This document shows, piece by piece, positions 17,661-27,543 of a DNA stretch of 64,000 nucleotides (the first letter of the stretch is position 1; the number at the start of each line of letters is the position of its first letter). This DNA comes from Candidatus Gottesmanbacteria bacterium (GTDB lineage Bacteria > Patescibacteriota > Microgenomatia > UBA10105 > UBA927), in assembly GCA_023245335.1 (NCBI GenBank), contig JAHFKK010000001.1, forward strand, positions 491,282-555,281, given 5' to 3'. The position numbers were made by a program, and so were the translations under genes. The notes beneath the pieces are model-generated. The model worked only from the letters and a program-made list of their open reading frames with translations, was not told the origin of the DNA and searched no databases.

Positions 17661-18464
17661 ATGAAAGAAACGGTGCGTTCCAACAACGAAATCAGGGAAA
17701 AACCCCTATATAACAAATTCAGCATCATCGTGCTGGGCGATGCGTGTTCAGGCAAGACCACGCTCCTGGATCATCTGCGCGGCGCGGGATATTCCGTGCG
17801 GCCGGAGCCGGAGAACCCCATGTTTTCACTGTTCCTCAAAAATACCAAGCAATATGCGTATCACAATCAGCTCTATAAAACGGCTCAGCTCATGGAACAG
17901 GAATTGCAGGCCGCGGAATCCACGACGGAGACAGAGACCCGGTTTAATGAATCCGGCGTGATCGCGACAGACATCTATAACCGGTATCTCCGGGATCACG
18001 ATCTCATGACGCCTGATCAATTCGAGCACCTGAACGGCGTGTATACTCACTACCTCGACACCATGCCCAAACCGGATCTTGTCGTATATTTATTTGCCGA
18101 TGACGATACGATACGGCAAAGAGCGATTATGCGTGATGGGTTGGTCGCACACGATCCAAAGCAACTGCAGCCCTATTGGGATCGTCTTCTGAAAGATCTC
18201 GAAAGCCGCGGTATGCCGGTGTATCGTGTCGATACCGGTGCACATCCGGTCGGAGAGACCGCAGGCATGATTCTCCAGCAAGCAGAACGCCTCAAAGATC
18301 CGAAAAAGGTACGGCAAACCGTGCGGGAAACGACTTCACAAAAGCCGCAGGAAAATCAACCGGAAAAGCCGCAGGATAATTCCGAAGATACCGAGTCCGG
18401 GGTCTTAGAGGTGGAAGCCCTCTATATAACCGCAAAACTGCACGCAGATCCTAAAGACCGCTGA
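17661..18464 (+). CDS. Deoxynucleoside kinase family protein
   Basis: P-loop GDACSGKTT, PEPE, PDLVVYL, R..R lid; acidic disordered tail. Confidence 0.75.
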   Translation: MKETVRSNNEIREKPLYNKFSIIVLGDACSGKTTLLDHLRGAGYSVRPEPENPMFSLFLKNTKQYAYHNQLYKTAQLMEQELQAAESTTETETRFNESGVIATDIYNRYLRDHDLMTPDQFEHLNGVYTHYLDTMPKPDLVVYLFADDDTIRQRAIMRDGLVAHDPKQLQPYWDRLLKDLESRGMPVYRVDTGAHPVGETAGMILQQAERLKDPKKVRQTVRETTSQKPQENQPEKPQDNSEDTESGVLEVEALYITAKLHADPKDR

Positions 18465-20049
18465 CGCCGATTTCCTCTAAATCGGGCGGGATCAATTTAC
18501 GTTTCTCACTCCCCACAGCAATCCATTGGATGAGTACCCGTTTCAGGTCAGCGGCGATCTTGGGATACTTCGCGATCACGTTTTTTTGCTCAAGCGGCGT
18601 ATCGGTGAGGTGATACAGTTCGAATTCGGGTATCGGCGTTTTGTCGCCGGACAAGCGTCGCCACCACGAATATTTTTCCTGGGCAGTACGGCTTTCCCGA
18701 TATATGAGTTTCCATTCGGTGGTACGTACCGCGACATCGCGGAAGTGCTGGTTCGCATCAGCCTGCAGGAAATCTATGAGCCACTTTTCCGTCGGGCTTC
18801 CGGAATCGAACATGAGCGTTTCCATAAGCGGCGTACGTTCGATAAATGCATATTTCCTAAACCAATCCGGTATCCCGCTTTTCGTGCCGAGATATGACCA
18901 GAAGCTTTTGCCGTCGAGCTTGCCCTGCGGACGAAGACCCACGGCATCGAGGAGTGTCGGAAGGATATCAACGGTCGAAACTAGTTGCGATACCCGCGAT
19001 AGCGCAACACCCGGGATCTTCATAAGAAGCGGCGTATGAATTTCCGGCTCGAATATATCATAGTGAGCGAGATACCCGTGCTCGCCGAATTCCTCCCCGT
19101 GCTCGGTCGTGAATATGATGATGGTATTTTTATCCAAACCCTTATCCTTGATCGTTTGAAATACTTTACCCAGGAATTGGTCGGTGAGGTATATGCCGTC
19201 GTCATACCGGTCGATCACGAACTGGACGTCCGCGGACGTAAGCGGGACGGGCGATGATCCGTCCAACGGATACATTTCGTTTCTATATACGCGCTTGAAT
19301 TGCGAGGGGAGCTGCCAGTGCAGGGTGTCGTTCCTAAGCATCCCCTGGTAGTTGGTGTCGGCGAAATGAAACGGCTTATTATCGTTGTACGGCCAGTGGA
19401 CCGTGCCGATCGGCACCCACAGGAAAAACTTTTGTTTCGGTGCATCATTCAGCCAGTCGACGACGCCTGCCGGTACGCCGCGTTCCTGCTGGGGCCACCG
19501 GTATGCGCTTATCGCTTGGGCGGAGGGCGCGGTAGGCTTAATCTGGTTTTCGAAATACTCATCGAAAAACTGATCAAATCCGCGCTGAAAATTTTCCCGC
19601 CGTTGCTGCCACCCCGACACTCCGGCTTCATAATATTCGGGAGCGGATCCGTAGGCCGCCGTCGCGTACCCTGCTTTTTTCAGGATCTCCGGCAATGTGG
19701 GGACGTCTTCCGGTAAATGCGAGCTGAAGCTTACGACACCGCTATTAGACGGATACAGTCCTGTCTGGATGCTGGTCTGGGTGACGGGCGTGAGATCTGA
19801 TGTCGTGATGTATTGGTTAAATGCAGTCGCAGTTTTGGCCCAGGCGTCCAGGTTTGGGGAAGTATTCCGTTGGTACCCGTATAACCCCAGGTGCGTCGTG
19901 TCGACACTGTCGACCGTGATGAGGATGATGTTGCAGTCCCGGCAGATTTTGTTCTGGTTGGCCCGCTTTCTGACAAAAAATATACCAGCGCCTATGACGG
20001 CAAGTACACTGATGACGACAAAAATGATAGCGATACGGGATTTAACCAT
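18451..20049 (-). CDS. Membrane-anchored sulfatase-like (alkaline phosphatase superfamily) protein
   Basis: N-terminal TM; NIILITVD, TPVTQTSIQTGLYP, HWPY, EHGEEFGEHG, ELYHL. Confidence 0.85.
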   Translation of the reverse strand: MVKSRIAIIFVVISVLAVIGAGIFFVRKRANQNKICRDCNIILITVDSVDTTHLGLYGYQRNTSPNLDAWAKTATAFNQYITTSDLTPVTQTSIQTGLYPSNSGVVSFSSHLPEDVPTLPEILKKAGYATAAYGSAPEYYEAGVSGWQQRRENFQRGFDQFFDEYFENQIKPTAPSAQAISAYRWPQQERGVPAGVVDWLNDAPKQKFFLWVPIGTVHWPYNDNKPFHFADTNYQGMLRNDTLHWQLPSQFKRVYRNEMYPLDGSSPVPLTSADVQFVIDRYDDGIYLTDQFLGKVFQTIKDKGLDKNTIIIFTTEHGEEFGEHGYLAHYDIFEPEIHTPLLMKIPGVALSRVSQLVSTVDILPTLLDAVGLRPQGKLDGKSFWSYLGTKSGIPDWFRKYAFIERTPLMETLMFDSGSPTEKWLIDFLQADANQHFRDVAVRTTEWKLIYRESRTAQEKYSWWRRLSGDKTPIPEFELYHLTDTPLEQKNVIAKYPKIAADLKRVLIQWIAVGSEKRKLIPPDLEEIGVSGL

Positions 20050-20050
20050 G

Positions 20051-21508
20051 TCACCTCGGACAGTATGGTCCGCACGATGCCGGGATATCTGCGCCGAGTT
20101 TCTGGAAGACCTGGAGCGCGTCCTTGCGGTCGGCGACCGTGAGGTCATACCATTTGTCTATGAGGTTTTGCGTCTCTTCCGGATCCTTGTCCACGCGGTA
20201 GAGTTCGAGCGTCCCGTCTGCATTTTTTATGAGGTGCCAGTGATCGCTTCGTGCCGAATACCACACGTCTTTGGGTTTGTCTCCGACTGCCCGAACCAGG
20301 GGCGGAGGAGCATCCTTCATGGATTCCCATACGCTCGGGGATTTGCCGAGTAACGCTTTCAGCATGCCAGCATTTTGTGCGTCGGTGAATGCATGCATGG
20401 TGAGCGCGACTGTTCCCTTCGCATCCTTCGTCGTGAGAAACGGTACGAGGGAGGCGGCGGTAAATTCGGTATCCGGTTTGAGACCCACGAGATCCCGGAT
20501 GGTCGAGGGGATAGACCGAAGTTCGACGACGGGCGATATCCGTCGCGGCTTCTGGCCCGGTACGTATACGATGAGCGGCACATGGATTTGCTGTTCGTAG
20601 ACGCCGAACCACCCGACGATGCCGTGTTCTCCGAATTGCTCGCTATGATCGCCTTCGAATATGACGATCGTATTTTTCATGAGGCCTTCCTTATCGAGCG
20701 TCGCGATAAAGTTTTTGACGACTTTATCCAGTTCAAGCACTGTGCCGTCATAGTAATCCTTCATGATGTTGGCGTCTTCCTGCGTAATCCCGGTCGTATC
20801 GAGGTGCGGCCCCACGATATCGCGCTCATCCATGATTTTGAGAGGCGGAGTGACACCGAGTTCCTCTAGTACCGCTTCACTTGCCGGCGTGTGCGGTGAA
20901 TGCAGATGATTGGTGTTTATAAAAAGGAAAAACGGCTGTTTTTTATTTGCCTTGATCCAGTCGCTCGCAAGGCCAAAGGTCGTCGCGGCGTCATTATTGG
21001 TTACCGTATCGATAAACCACCGTTCATCAAATCCATCGAATCCCTGGCCCCATCCGTATTGGGGCTGGATAAGGATTGCCGCGGACACCGCATGCGTCAC
21101 GTACCCGCTCGCCTTGAGGGACTCCGCAAGCGTATGGGCTTCCGGCGGCAGTTTATCGGTCGTACCGTACATCCGGTTTTCCGCAGGATACCGACCTGTC
21201 AGGATGGATGTGTGGGATGTCGGGGTAAATGACCCTTGGGCGATTGCCGTATCGAAGACCGTGCTTCTGTCGCGGCCGAAGCTATCGAGGAACGGAGTGG
21301 TAGGACGGTTATATCCATAGAGCCCCATATGCTTGGCGCCCAGGGTATCGAGCGTGACGACGATGATATTGCATTTGGGACAGAGTGCTTTGGAAAAAAG
21401 AACGGTGGGATCAAGCGTATTGGAACGGAGGACAAAAATTAATCCTCCCAATATAAGAAGGCCTACAACAACGAATAATAATTTCAGTCGTCCGAACCCG
21501 CGTGTCAT
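20051..21508 (-). CDS. Membrane-anchored sulfatase-like (alkaline phosphatase superfamily) protein
   Basis: N-terminal TM; NIIVVTLD, TPTSHTSILTGRYP, HSPH, DHSEQFGEHG, DPEETQNL. Confidence 0.85.
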   Translation of the reverse strand: MTRGFGRLKLLFVVVGLLILGGLIFVLRSNTLDPTVLFSKALCPKCNIIVVTLDTLGAKHMGLYGYNRPTTPFLDSFGRDRSTVFDTAIAQGSFTPTSHTSILTGRYPAENRMYGTTDKLPPEAHTLAESLKASGYVTHAVSAAILIQPQYGWGQGFDGFDERWFIDTVTNNDAATTFGLASDWIKANKKQPFFLFINTNHLHSPHTPASEAVLEELGVTPPLKIMDERDIVGPHLDTTGITQEDANIMKDYYDGTVLELDKVVKNFIATLDKEGLMKNTIVIFEGDHSEQFGEHGIVGWFGVYEQQIHVPLIVYVPGQKPRRISPVVELRSIPSTIRDLVGLKPDTEFTAASLVPFLTTKDAKGTVALTMHAFTDAQNAGMLKALLGKSPSVWESMKDAPPPLVRAVGDKPKDVWYSARSDHWHLIKNADGTLELYRVDKDPEETQNLIDKWYDLTVADRKDALQVFQKLGADIPASCGPYCPR

Positions 21509-21542
21509 GCAGAAGACATATTACCACATAAAATATTATTTG

Positions 21543-22784
21543 CTAGTGTTCTATTTTTTCCATTTGCGCCTTGTGATCTCTGATGACCGAGAGGGATATG
21601 AGTAATAATATAAGGGAGGCAGAGACGAGTAGCGCCTCCGACGCATAGGGCAGGCCGCGCCAGTAGCGGTAAATCCACGCGGCGAAAAACGGTCCCACAA
21701 TTCGGGCTATAGACTGCATACCCTGGTTAGCTCCCTGGACCCGTCCCTGCATCTCCCGTCCGGCAGACGTCGAGATGAGGCTTGCCTCCGTGGGCTCAAA
21801 CAATCCGTCACCGATATTGAGGATGATAAGTCCTGTGATTACTAACGCAGGTGAGATGATGATTGCAGCCGTGGCGGCGATCACAAACCCCACGATAGTG
21901 AGGATAAGTCCCATGGTAGCCACTGTCGTATCACCGAATTTCGGCAGTAATTTCCGTATGAGAAATCCCTGACTAAAGACGTCGATGATGCCGATGACAA
22001 AGAGGAATATGCCGATCTGCGTGACTCCCCAGCCATAGACGTCTTTCAGGAATATGGAATTATTGCCATACATGGCATTCATAGCCAGGAAGAAGATAAA
22101 TCCGGCGGTAAAAAGCCGCGCTAGGATTTTCGTCGTGAATATGTGGTGAAACTGCCGAAACGGGTCGAGGTGGGTGAGGTCGAGTTTCGCGGTGCGGTGT
22201 TCGTGTGCCAAGCTTTCCGGCAGGATGAAATATCCAAACAGCATGTCGACAAGCGTGATGCCAGCCGCAATAAATAGCGGGGCCGAAAGGTGTATGGCTC
22301 CCAGAAACCCGCCGATCGCTGGACCAAACATCATGCCGAATCCGGCAGCGGCCCCCAGCATGCCGAAATACTTGCCCCGGTCGCGGGGCTCGGTGATGTC
22401 CGCCATATAGGCATAGATGGTGCTGATGTTGCCGCCGGTGAGCCCGTCAATGATTCTTCCCAGGAATAGTACCCACAGAGCTCCGCCAATGCCCAGGATG
22501 ATGTAACCGACGATCGATCCCAAGAGACTTATAAGTAATATCGGCTTCCTCCCGAACCGGTCGCTAAGCGCCCCCAGCCCCGGAGCGGAGAAAAACTGGC
22601 ACAGTGCGTAGACGGAAAGGAGCGATCCTACGTAGAGCGCGACCTCATTGGGGCTCGTGACATAGCGCTCGACCATAAAGGGGAGGATGGGGAAGAGGAT
22701 GCTGAATCCCAGGAAATTGAGGAACATAGTGACCAGGATGAACACCAGCCGCTCGTTTTCCTTGGTAAAGAATTTTTGTGACAT
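21543..22784 (-). CDS. MFS drug:H+ antiporter, TetA/DHA1-like
   Basis: Motif A GALSDRFGRKP, GRIIDGLTGG, GPAIGG; about 12 TM. Confidence 0.9.
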   Translation of the reverse strand: MSQKFFTKENERLVFILVTMFLNFLGFSILFPILPFMVERYVTSPNEVALYVGSLLSVYALCQFFSAPGLGALSDRFGRKPILLISLLGSIVGYIILGIGGALWVLFLGRIIDGLTGGNISTIYAYMADITEPRDRGKYFGMLGAAAGFGMMFGPAIGGFLGAIHLSAPLFIAAGITLVDMLFGYFILPESLAHEHRTAKLDLTHLDPFRQFHHIFTTKILARLFTAGFIFFLAMNAMYGNNSIFLKDVYGWGVTQIGIFLFVIGIIDVFSQGFLIRKLLPKFGDTTVATMGLILTIVGFVIAATAAIIISPALVITGLIILNIGDGLFEPTEASLISTSAGREMQGRVQGANQGMQSIARIVGPFFAAWIYRYWRGLPYASEALLVSASLILLLISLSVIRDHKAQMEKIEH

Positions 22785-22869
22785 AGATAACATTGTACGG
22801 AAATAGTCAGCTTCGCTCAATGGCTAAACCCAAGCGACTTAGAGTATAATATGAGGGTATTTCCCTAAT

Positions 22870-22940
22870 TGCGGGATCGTATAATGGTAGTACAGCAGAC
22901 TCTGAATCTGCTTATCTTGGTCCGAGTCCAAGTCCCGCAG
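22870..22940 (+). tRNA. tRNA-Gln (anticodon CTG); CCA not encoded
   Basis: Acceptor TGCGGGA/TCCCGCA, anticodon arm GCAGA-CT CTG AA-TCTGC, T arm CTTGG-TCCGAGT-CCAAG. Confidence 0.93.
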
Positions 22941-23034
22941 CAAATAGAGACTATAACCCGAAAGCCAGTATCCAGAGTTAAAACGACGAAACGGGTCTAG
23001 AATGAGATACTAAACAAAGTGATAATTTACCAAA

Positions 23035-23328
23035 ATGAAAATATCTCTTATAAAAAAACCTGGCGCATGGATCCCGATTGTTCTTTCATTTATTATGTTG
23101 ATAGTTTTAGGCATGTACCTCACTGGGGTTCTTCCCCCTGATCCCACGGGCGATGAGGGTTTAGGGGCACATCTTTTTCAGATTTGGCTGGTCCTGGAAG
23201 CACTAATGATTCTGTTTTTTGCAGTGAAATGGTTTTCTAAATCGCCAAAACAAGCGTTTCTTATTCTTATAACCCAAATCGCTCTCGTACTTGCTGTCTG
23301 TGCTCCCGTTTTTTACTTTAACTGGTAA
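23035..23328 (+). CDS. Small membrane protein (three TM helices)
   Basis: 97-aa hydrophobic ORF with DEGLGAHLFQ loop. Confidence 0.75.
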   Translation: MKISLIKKPGAWIPIVLSFIMLIVLGMYLTGVLPPDPTGDEGLGAHLFQIWLVLEALMILFFAVKWFSKSPKQAFLILITQIALVLAVCAPVFYFNW

Positions 23329-23427
23329 TCTACCAACAGTTCAGTTAGAAGGATAATTTAGATCTAGATTGGAATACTCAACACAAAATTTACACCAAAA
23401 ATTAGTCCTGAAATCGGCTATACTTTT

Positions 23428-23784
23428 ATGACCGTAATTGACGATTATCTGAAAAAGATTGACCCGGCAAAACGAAAACAGCTCGAGCGGATTCGAAAAA
23501 TCGCCATGCAAGTTGTTCCGGATGCACAAGAGGTTATTTCTTATGGCATGCCGACGCTACAATATAAAAGGAAATCTTTTTTGGGGTTTAACGCGCATGT
23601 GAATCATATCGGCATCTATCCGTACGGTGGCGAGGAGATAGAAGTATTTAAAGATAGGCTCGTTTCGTATGGCTGTTCTTTGGGAGCAATCCGTGTGCCT
23701 TTCGACAAGCCATTTCCAAAGAGTTTGCTCAAAGAAATCGTTAAACACCGCATAGAACGAGTCGTAGATCTAAAGGCAGGATAA
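23428..23784 (+). CDS. DUF1801/YdhG family protein
   Basis: IDDYL, E.ISYGMPT, HIGIYP motifs. Confidence 0.85.
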   Translation: MTVIDDYLKKIDPAKRKQLERIRKIAMQVVPDAQEVISYGMPTLQYKRKSFLGFNAHVNHIGIYPYGGEEIEVFKDRLVSYGCSLGAIRVPFDKPFPKSLLKEIVKHRIERVVDLKAG

Positions 23785-23785
23785 T

Positions 23786-25747
23786 CTACCCAGTTTCTTC
23801 CGTCATCACGTGTCCCTTGAACTGACTGTTGTAGAGGTCGGCGTAGAAGCCGTTTTGGGCGAGGAGTCCCTTGTGGGTGCCTTTCTCTATGATCGTCCCG
23901 TGATTCATGACGAGGATGAGGTCTGCATCGCGGATCGTAGAGAGACGGTGGGCGATGACGAAGCTTGTCCTGCCTTTCATGAGTTTGCCCATCGCTTCCT
24001 GGATGAGTAGTTCCGTCCTGGTATCGACGCTGCTGGTTGCTTCGTCCAGAATAAGTATTTCCGGGTCAGCGAGAAATGCCCGCGCTATCGTCAGGAGTTG
24101 TTTCTGCCCCTGGGATATGTTGGTCGCATCTTCATTGAGTACCATGTTATATCCATCCGGCATTGTCCGGATGAAGTGGTCGGCATAGGCTTCCTTGGAG
24201 GCCAGCACGAGTTCTTCTTCTGTGGCGTCTTCCCGGCCGTAGGCGATGTTTGCGCGCAGTGTGCCGTGGAAAAGCCAGGTATCCTGCAGTACCATGCCGA
24301 ACATTTTTCGCAGGTCTTTGCGCCTAAGACGGGTGATGTCCACTCCGTCTACGAGGATCGCTCCGCCATTCACTTCGTAGAAGCGCATAAGGAGGTTCAC
24401 GAGCGTCGTCTTGCCGGCGCCGGTTGGGCCTACGATGGCGATCATGTGTCCGGGTTCTACCTTGAAGTTCATGTCCTCCATGAGGATCTTATCTTTGCTG
24501 TAGCCAAACCGGACATGCCGGAATTCTACAGATCCCTTAGGGGTTTTTATAATCGCCGGCTTTGTCGTCTCCGGAACCTGTTCCTCTTCGTCCAAAAGTT
24601 CAAAGATCCGTTCGGCAGAAGCGATAGAGGACTGGATGACGTTTGCGATGTTCGCGAGCTGTGTGATCGGCTGGCTAAATGAGGATGAGTATTGGATGAA
24701 TGCCTGCACGTCGCCTATGGAGATCGAGCCCTTGGTCGCCATGACGCCGCCGACTACGGCTACCAGGACGTACCCGACGTTTCCGACAAACCGCATGAGC
24801 GGCAACAGGATGCCGGAGACAAACTGCGCTTTCCAGCCGGAATCATAGAGGCTATCATTGAGGACATCAAATCGAGCAGTCGCCTCATCTTCGTGTCCGA
24901 ACGCTTTCACGATTTTGTGGCCCGAATACATTTCTTCTACGTGGCCGTTGAGATCTCCCAGAGAGCGCTGCTGACCGCGGAAGAAATCCTGTGACCGTTT
25001 CGCGATGCCGGTCACGATAAATATGCTTAATGGAAGGGTCGCGAGTACGATAAGCGTGAGTACCCAGCTTATCGAAAGCATCATGACAAGGACGCCGATG
25101 AGTGTCACGACAGAGGTGATAAGCTGTGTCACGTTTTGCTGAAGTGTACTTCCGATGTTGTCCATGTCGTTCACGGCGCGGCTAAGTATTTCTCCGTGGG
25201 TACGCCCGTCAAAATATTTAAGCGGCAGGCGCGAAAGTTTATGATCCACATCCTTACGGAGTTTATAGACCGTTCTCTGGGCGACCCCTGCCATGAGATA
25301 TTGCTGGATATATATAAATAATGAACTTAGGACATAGAGCGCGATGAGGATAAGCATGATCCTGCCTATATACCCGAATTCTATGCCGGGGACCGGTGAG
25401 GTAGAGAGGGGGAGTCCGGGATGGAGAGCCAGTTGCTGGAGTATGACGTGATTTTTCACTTGCACGACGAAGCTTGCTATGAGATTGTCAAAAAGTCTGG
25501 TGGTCGCAAGCCCCAGTATTTTCGGCCCGACGATATTAAATATCGATCCTACTACTGCGGCCCCGACGACGACGGAAAGCAGTACCTTTTCCGGTTTGAA
25601 ATAGGATAGAAGCCTTCTTAGCGTGCCGCCGAAGTCTTTTGCCTTCTCGACGGGCATGCCCATAGCACCCCAGCCCCCGCGGTTCATAGGGTTGCCGCCC
25701 ATCCCGACTTGGGTTGTCCGTGATTTGGTGGTAGGTTTGTCGCTCAT
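23786..25747 (-). CDS. Heterodimeric multidrug ABC exporter, consensus-site subunit (TM288-like)
   Basis: TMD+NBD; GPTGAGKTT, ISQGQKQ, ILDEATS, IAHRL. Confidence 0.93.
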   Translation of the reverse strand: MSDKPTTKSRTTQVGMGGNPMNRGGWGAMGMPVEKAKDFGGTLRRLLSYFKPEKVLLSVVVGAAVVGSIFNIVGPKILGLATTRLFDNLIASFVVQVKNHVILQQLALHPGLPLSTSPVPGIEFGYIGRIMLILIALYVLSSLFIYIQQYLMAGVAQRTVYKLRKDVDHKLSRLPLKYFDGRTHGEILSRAVNDMDNIGSTLQQNVTQLITSVVTLIGVLVMMLSISWVLTLIVLATLPLSIFIVTGIAKRSQDFFRGQQRSLGDLNGHVEEMYSGHKIVKAFGHEDEATARFDVLNDSLYDSGWKAQFVSGILLPLMRFVGNVGYVLVAVVGGVMATKGSISIGDVQAFIQYSSSFSQPITQLANIANVIQSSIASAERIFELLDEEEQVPETTKPAIIKTPKGSVEFRHVRFGYSKDKILMEDMNFKVEPGHMIAIVGPTGAGKTTLVNLLMRFYEVNGGAILVDGVDITRLRRKDLRKMFGMVLQDTWLFHGTLRANIAYGREDATEEELVLASKEAYADHFIRTMPDGYNMVLNEDATNISQGQKQLLTIARAFLADPEILILDEATSSVDTRTELLIQEAMGKLMKGRTSFVIAHRLSTIRDADLILVMNHGTIIEKGTHKGLLAQNGFYADLYNSQFKGHVMTEETG

Positions 25748-27480
25748 GTTTCCTCCGCTATTTCCGCCGCCGAGAGCTGTGACGACACGATTCCGCGGTA
25801 GACCTCGCATGTTTTCATAAGTTCTTTGTGTGTGCCTATGCCTGCTATAGCTCCGTCCTCCAGGACGATAATCTGATCAGCTTCCATGACGGTGCTGACC
25901 CTTTGGGCGACGATAAGTACTGTGGCGTCGCGGGTTTCCCCTTTGAGGGCGGCACGCAGTCTCGCATCGGTTTTGAAGTCGAGAGCGGAGAACGTATCAT
26001 CGAACACGTAAATTTCCGGCTTCCTCACCAGGGCGCGGGCTATAGAGAGCCGTTGCATTTGTCCGCCGGAGACGTTCGTGCCGCCCTGGGCTATGGGAGA
26101 GTTAAACTTTTCCGGCATGGCATCGATAAATTCAGTCGCCTGAGCAACGAGTGCCGCGTGACGAATTTCTTTGTCTGTCGCATCCTCTTTGCCGTAGCGA
26201 ATGTTGTCATTAATTGTTCCGGCAAACAGTATCGCTTTTTGCGGCACGAAGCCGATCTTCCCACGTAGCTCACGCTGCGAAATTTCGCGAACGTCTACGC
26301 CGTCCACCAGGACCCGGCCTTTTTTTGTGTCATAGAAGCGGGGGATGAGGTTAACCAGAGTAGACTTTCCCGATCCGGTGCCGCCGATTATAGCTGTTAC
26401 CGCACCCGGATTCGCTTGAAACGAGATGTCCGTGAGTGCCGGCTTTTCCGCACCGTGATAGCTGAAGGTCACGTTCTCAAATTCCACATAGCCTTTTTTG
26501 CCGGTCGCTTTGCGGGCTTTTTTTGGATCGTCTATTTCGGGCTGCATATCCAATACCTGGTTAATCCGTTTGGCAGAGGCTTCCGCACGGGGGATCATGA
26601 CGAAAACGATCGCTACCATGAGAAGCGAAAAAAGTATCTGGAACGCATACTGTAAAAACGCAAACATAGACCCTATATCCAGGTGATGTCCGGTGACGCG
26701 GATGCTGCCGAACCATATGATCGCGACACTGGAGAGGTTTATGAGAAGCATCATCATCGGCATCATGGATGCCATGAGTTGGTTGACTTTGATCGCGACG
26801 CCCGTTACGTCGTGGTTTGCCGTATCGAAGCGTGCTTCTTCATGCTGTATGCGGTTAAACGCCCGTACCACACGGACCCCGGTCAGATTTTCATCGAGGA
26901 TAAGGTTCAGCTTATCCAGTTTCACCTGCATGACGGTAAAAAGAGGCACCGTCCGTATGAGAAGGACAGTGATGAACGTGACCAGTATCGGCATGATCGC
27001 GATGAGTACCCAAGAAAGCCCTACGTCCTGTTGCAGGGCAAGGATGACCCCGACAACCAGCGTAATCGGCGCGGTCAGCAGCATATTGAGTACCATCACC
27101 ATGACCTGCTGGATTTGCGTCGTATCGTTCGTCGTACGAGTGATCAAAGAGGAGGTGCTCACGGTATCAAATTCATGGAGAGAAAACTCCTGGACTTTGT
27201 TAAATATCTCCGCGCGGAGTGTCTTGGTCATGCCTACAGCAACCTGCGACGAAAAATAGATGCCGACGACCGCACACACGGTGCCGCCGATAGCAACCAA
27301 CGCCATAAGGACCCCCGTGGCCCAGATGAAGTTGGTGTCAAACGTCGCGATACCTTTGTTCACGATATCGGCCATGAGCGTGGGCAGGTACAAGTTCGCC
27401 ACGGACTGGCCAACCGCGAGGAGAATGATCGCGACGAGTAAAAGCTGGTAGGGCTTAAGGAGCCGTAATAACCTGATCAT
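25744..27480 (-). CDS. Heterodimeric multidrug ABC exporter, degenerate-site subunit (TM287-like)
   Basis: TMD+NBD; GGTGSGKST, VSGGQ, degenerate Walker B FDD and switch VAQR. Confidence 0.93.
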   Translation of the reverse strand: MIRLLRLLKPYQLLLVAIILLAVGQSVANLYLPTLMADIVNKGIATFDTNFIWATGVLMALVAIGGTVCAVVGIYFSSQVAVGMTKTLRAEIFNKVQEFSLHEFDTVSTSSLITRTTNDTTQIQQVMVMVLNMLLTAPITLVVGVILALQQDVGLSWVLIAIMPILVTFITVLLIRTVPLFTVMQVKLDKLNLILDENLTGVRVVRAFNRIQHEEARFDTANHDVTGVAIKVNQLMASMMPMMMLLINLSSVAIIWFGSIRVTGHHLDIGSMFAFLQYAFQILFSLLMVAIVFVMIPRAEASAKRINQVLDMQPEIDDPKKARKATGKKGYVEFENVTFSYHGAEKPALTDISFQANPGAVTAIIGGTGSGKSTLVNLIPRFYDTKKGRVLVDGVDVREISQRELRGKIGFVPQKAILFAGTINDNIRYGKEDATDKEIRHAALVAQATEFIDAMPEKFNSPIAQGGTNVSGGQMQRLSIARALVRKPEIYVFDDTFSALDFKTDARLRAALKGETRDATVLIVAQRVSTVMEADQIIVLEDGAIAGIGTHKELMKTCEVYRGIVSSQLSAAEIAEET

Positions 27481-27486
27481 ATTTCA

Positions 27487-27541
27487 TTGACAAATACCTA
27501 TCTATATATTATACTATAAAATAGTTTGATAGTCTAACTAT
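27487..27541 (+). promoter_or_regulatory. Sigma70 promoter and probable MarR operator
   Basis: TTGACA-17-TATACT (27487-27515); imperfect palindrome ATAGTTtGA-tag-TCtAACTAT (27521-27541). Confidence 0.65.
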
Positions 27542-27543
27542 AT

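Noticed and set aside
22945-23005. Possible hammerhead ribozyme (GACGAAAC) and a 10-mer AAAGCCAGTA shared with the 4630-4768 RNA
   Set aside because: No CUGANGA core; a single 10-nt match in 64 kb can be chance and the surrounding structure differs
23315-23352. attC-like TAAC...GTTAG inverted repeat after the small membrane gene
   Set aside because: Too short for attC, imperfect R boxes, and no integron integrase in the window
26683-27441. Long antisense and alternate-frame ORFs (e.g. 252 aa here; also 19697..20353, 36466..37092, 52542..53105)
   Set aside because: Shadow ORFs opposite well-supported genes, with no motifs or translation signals
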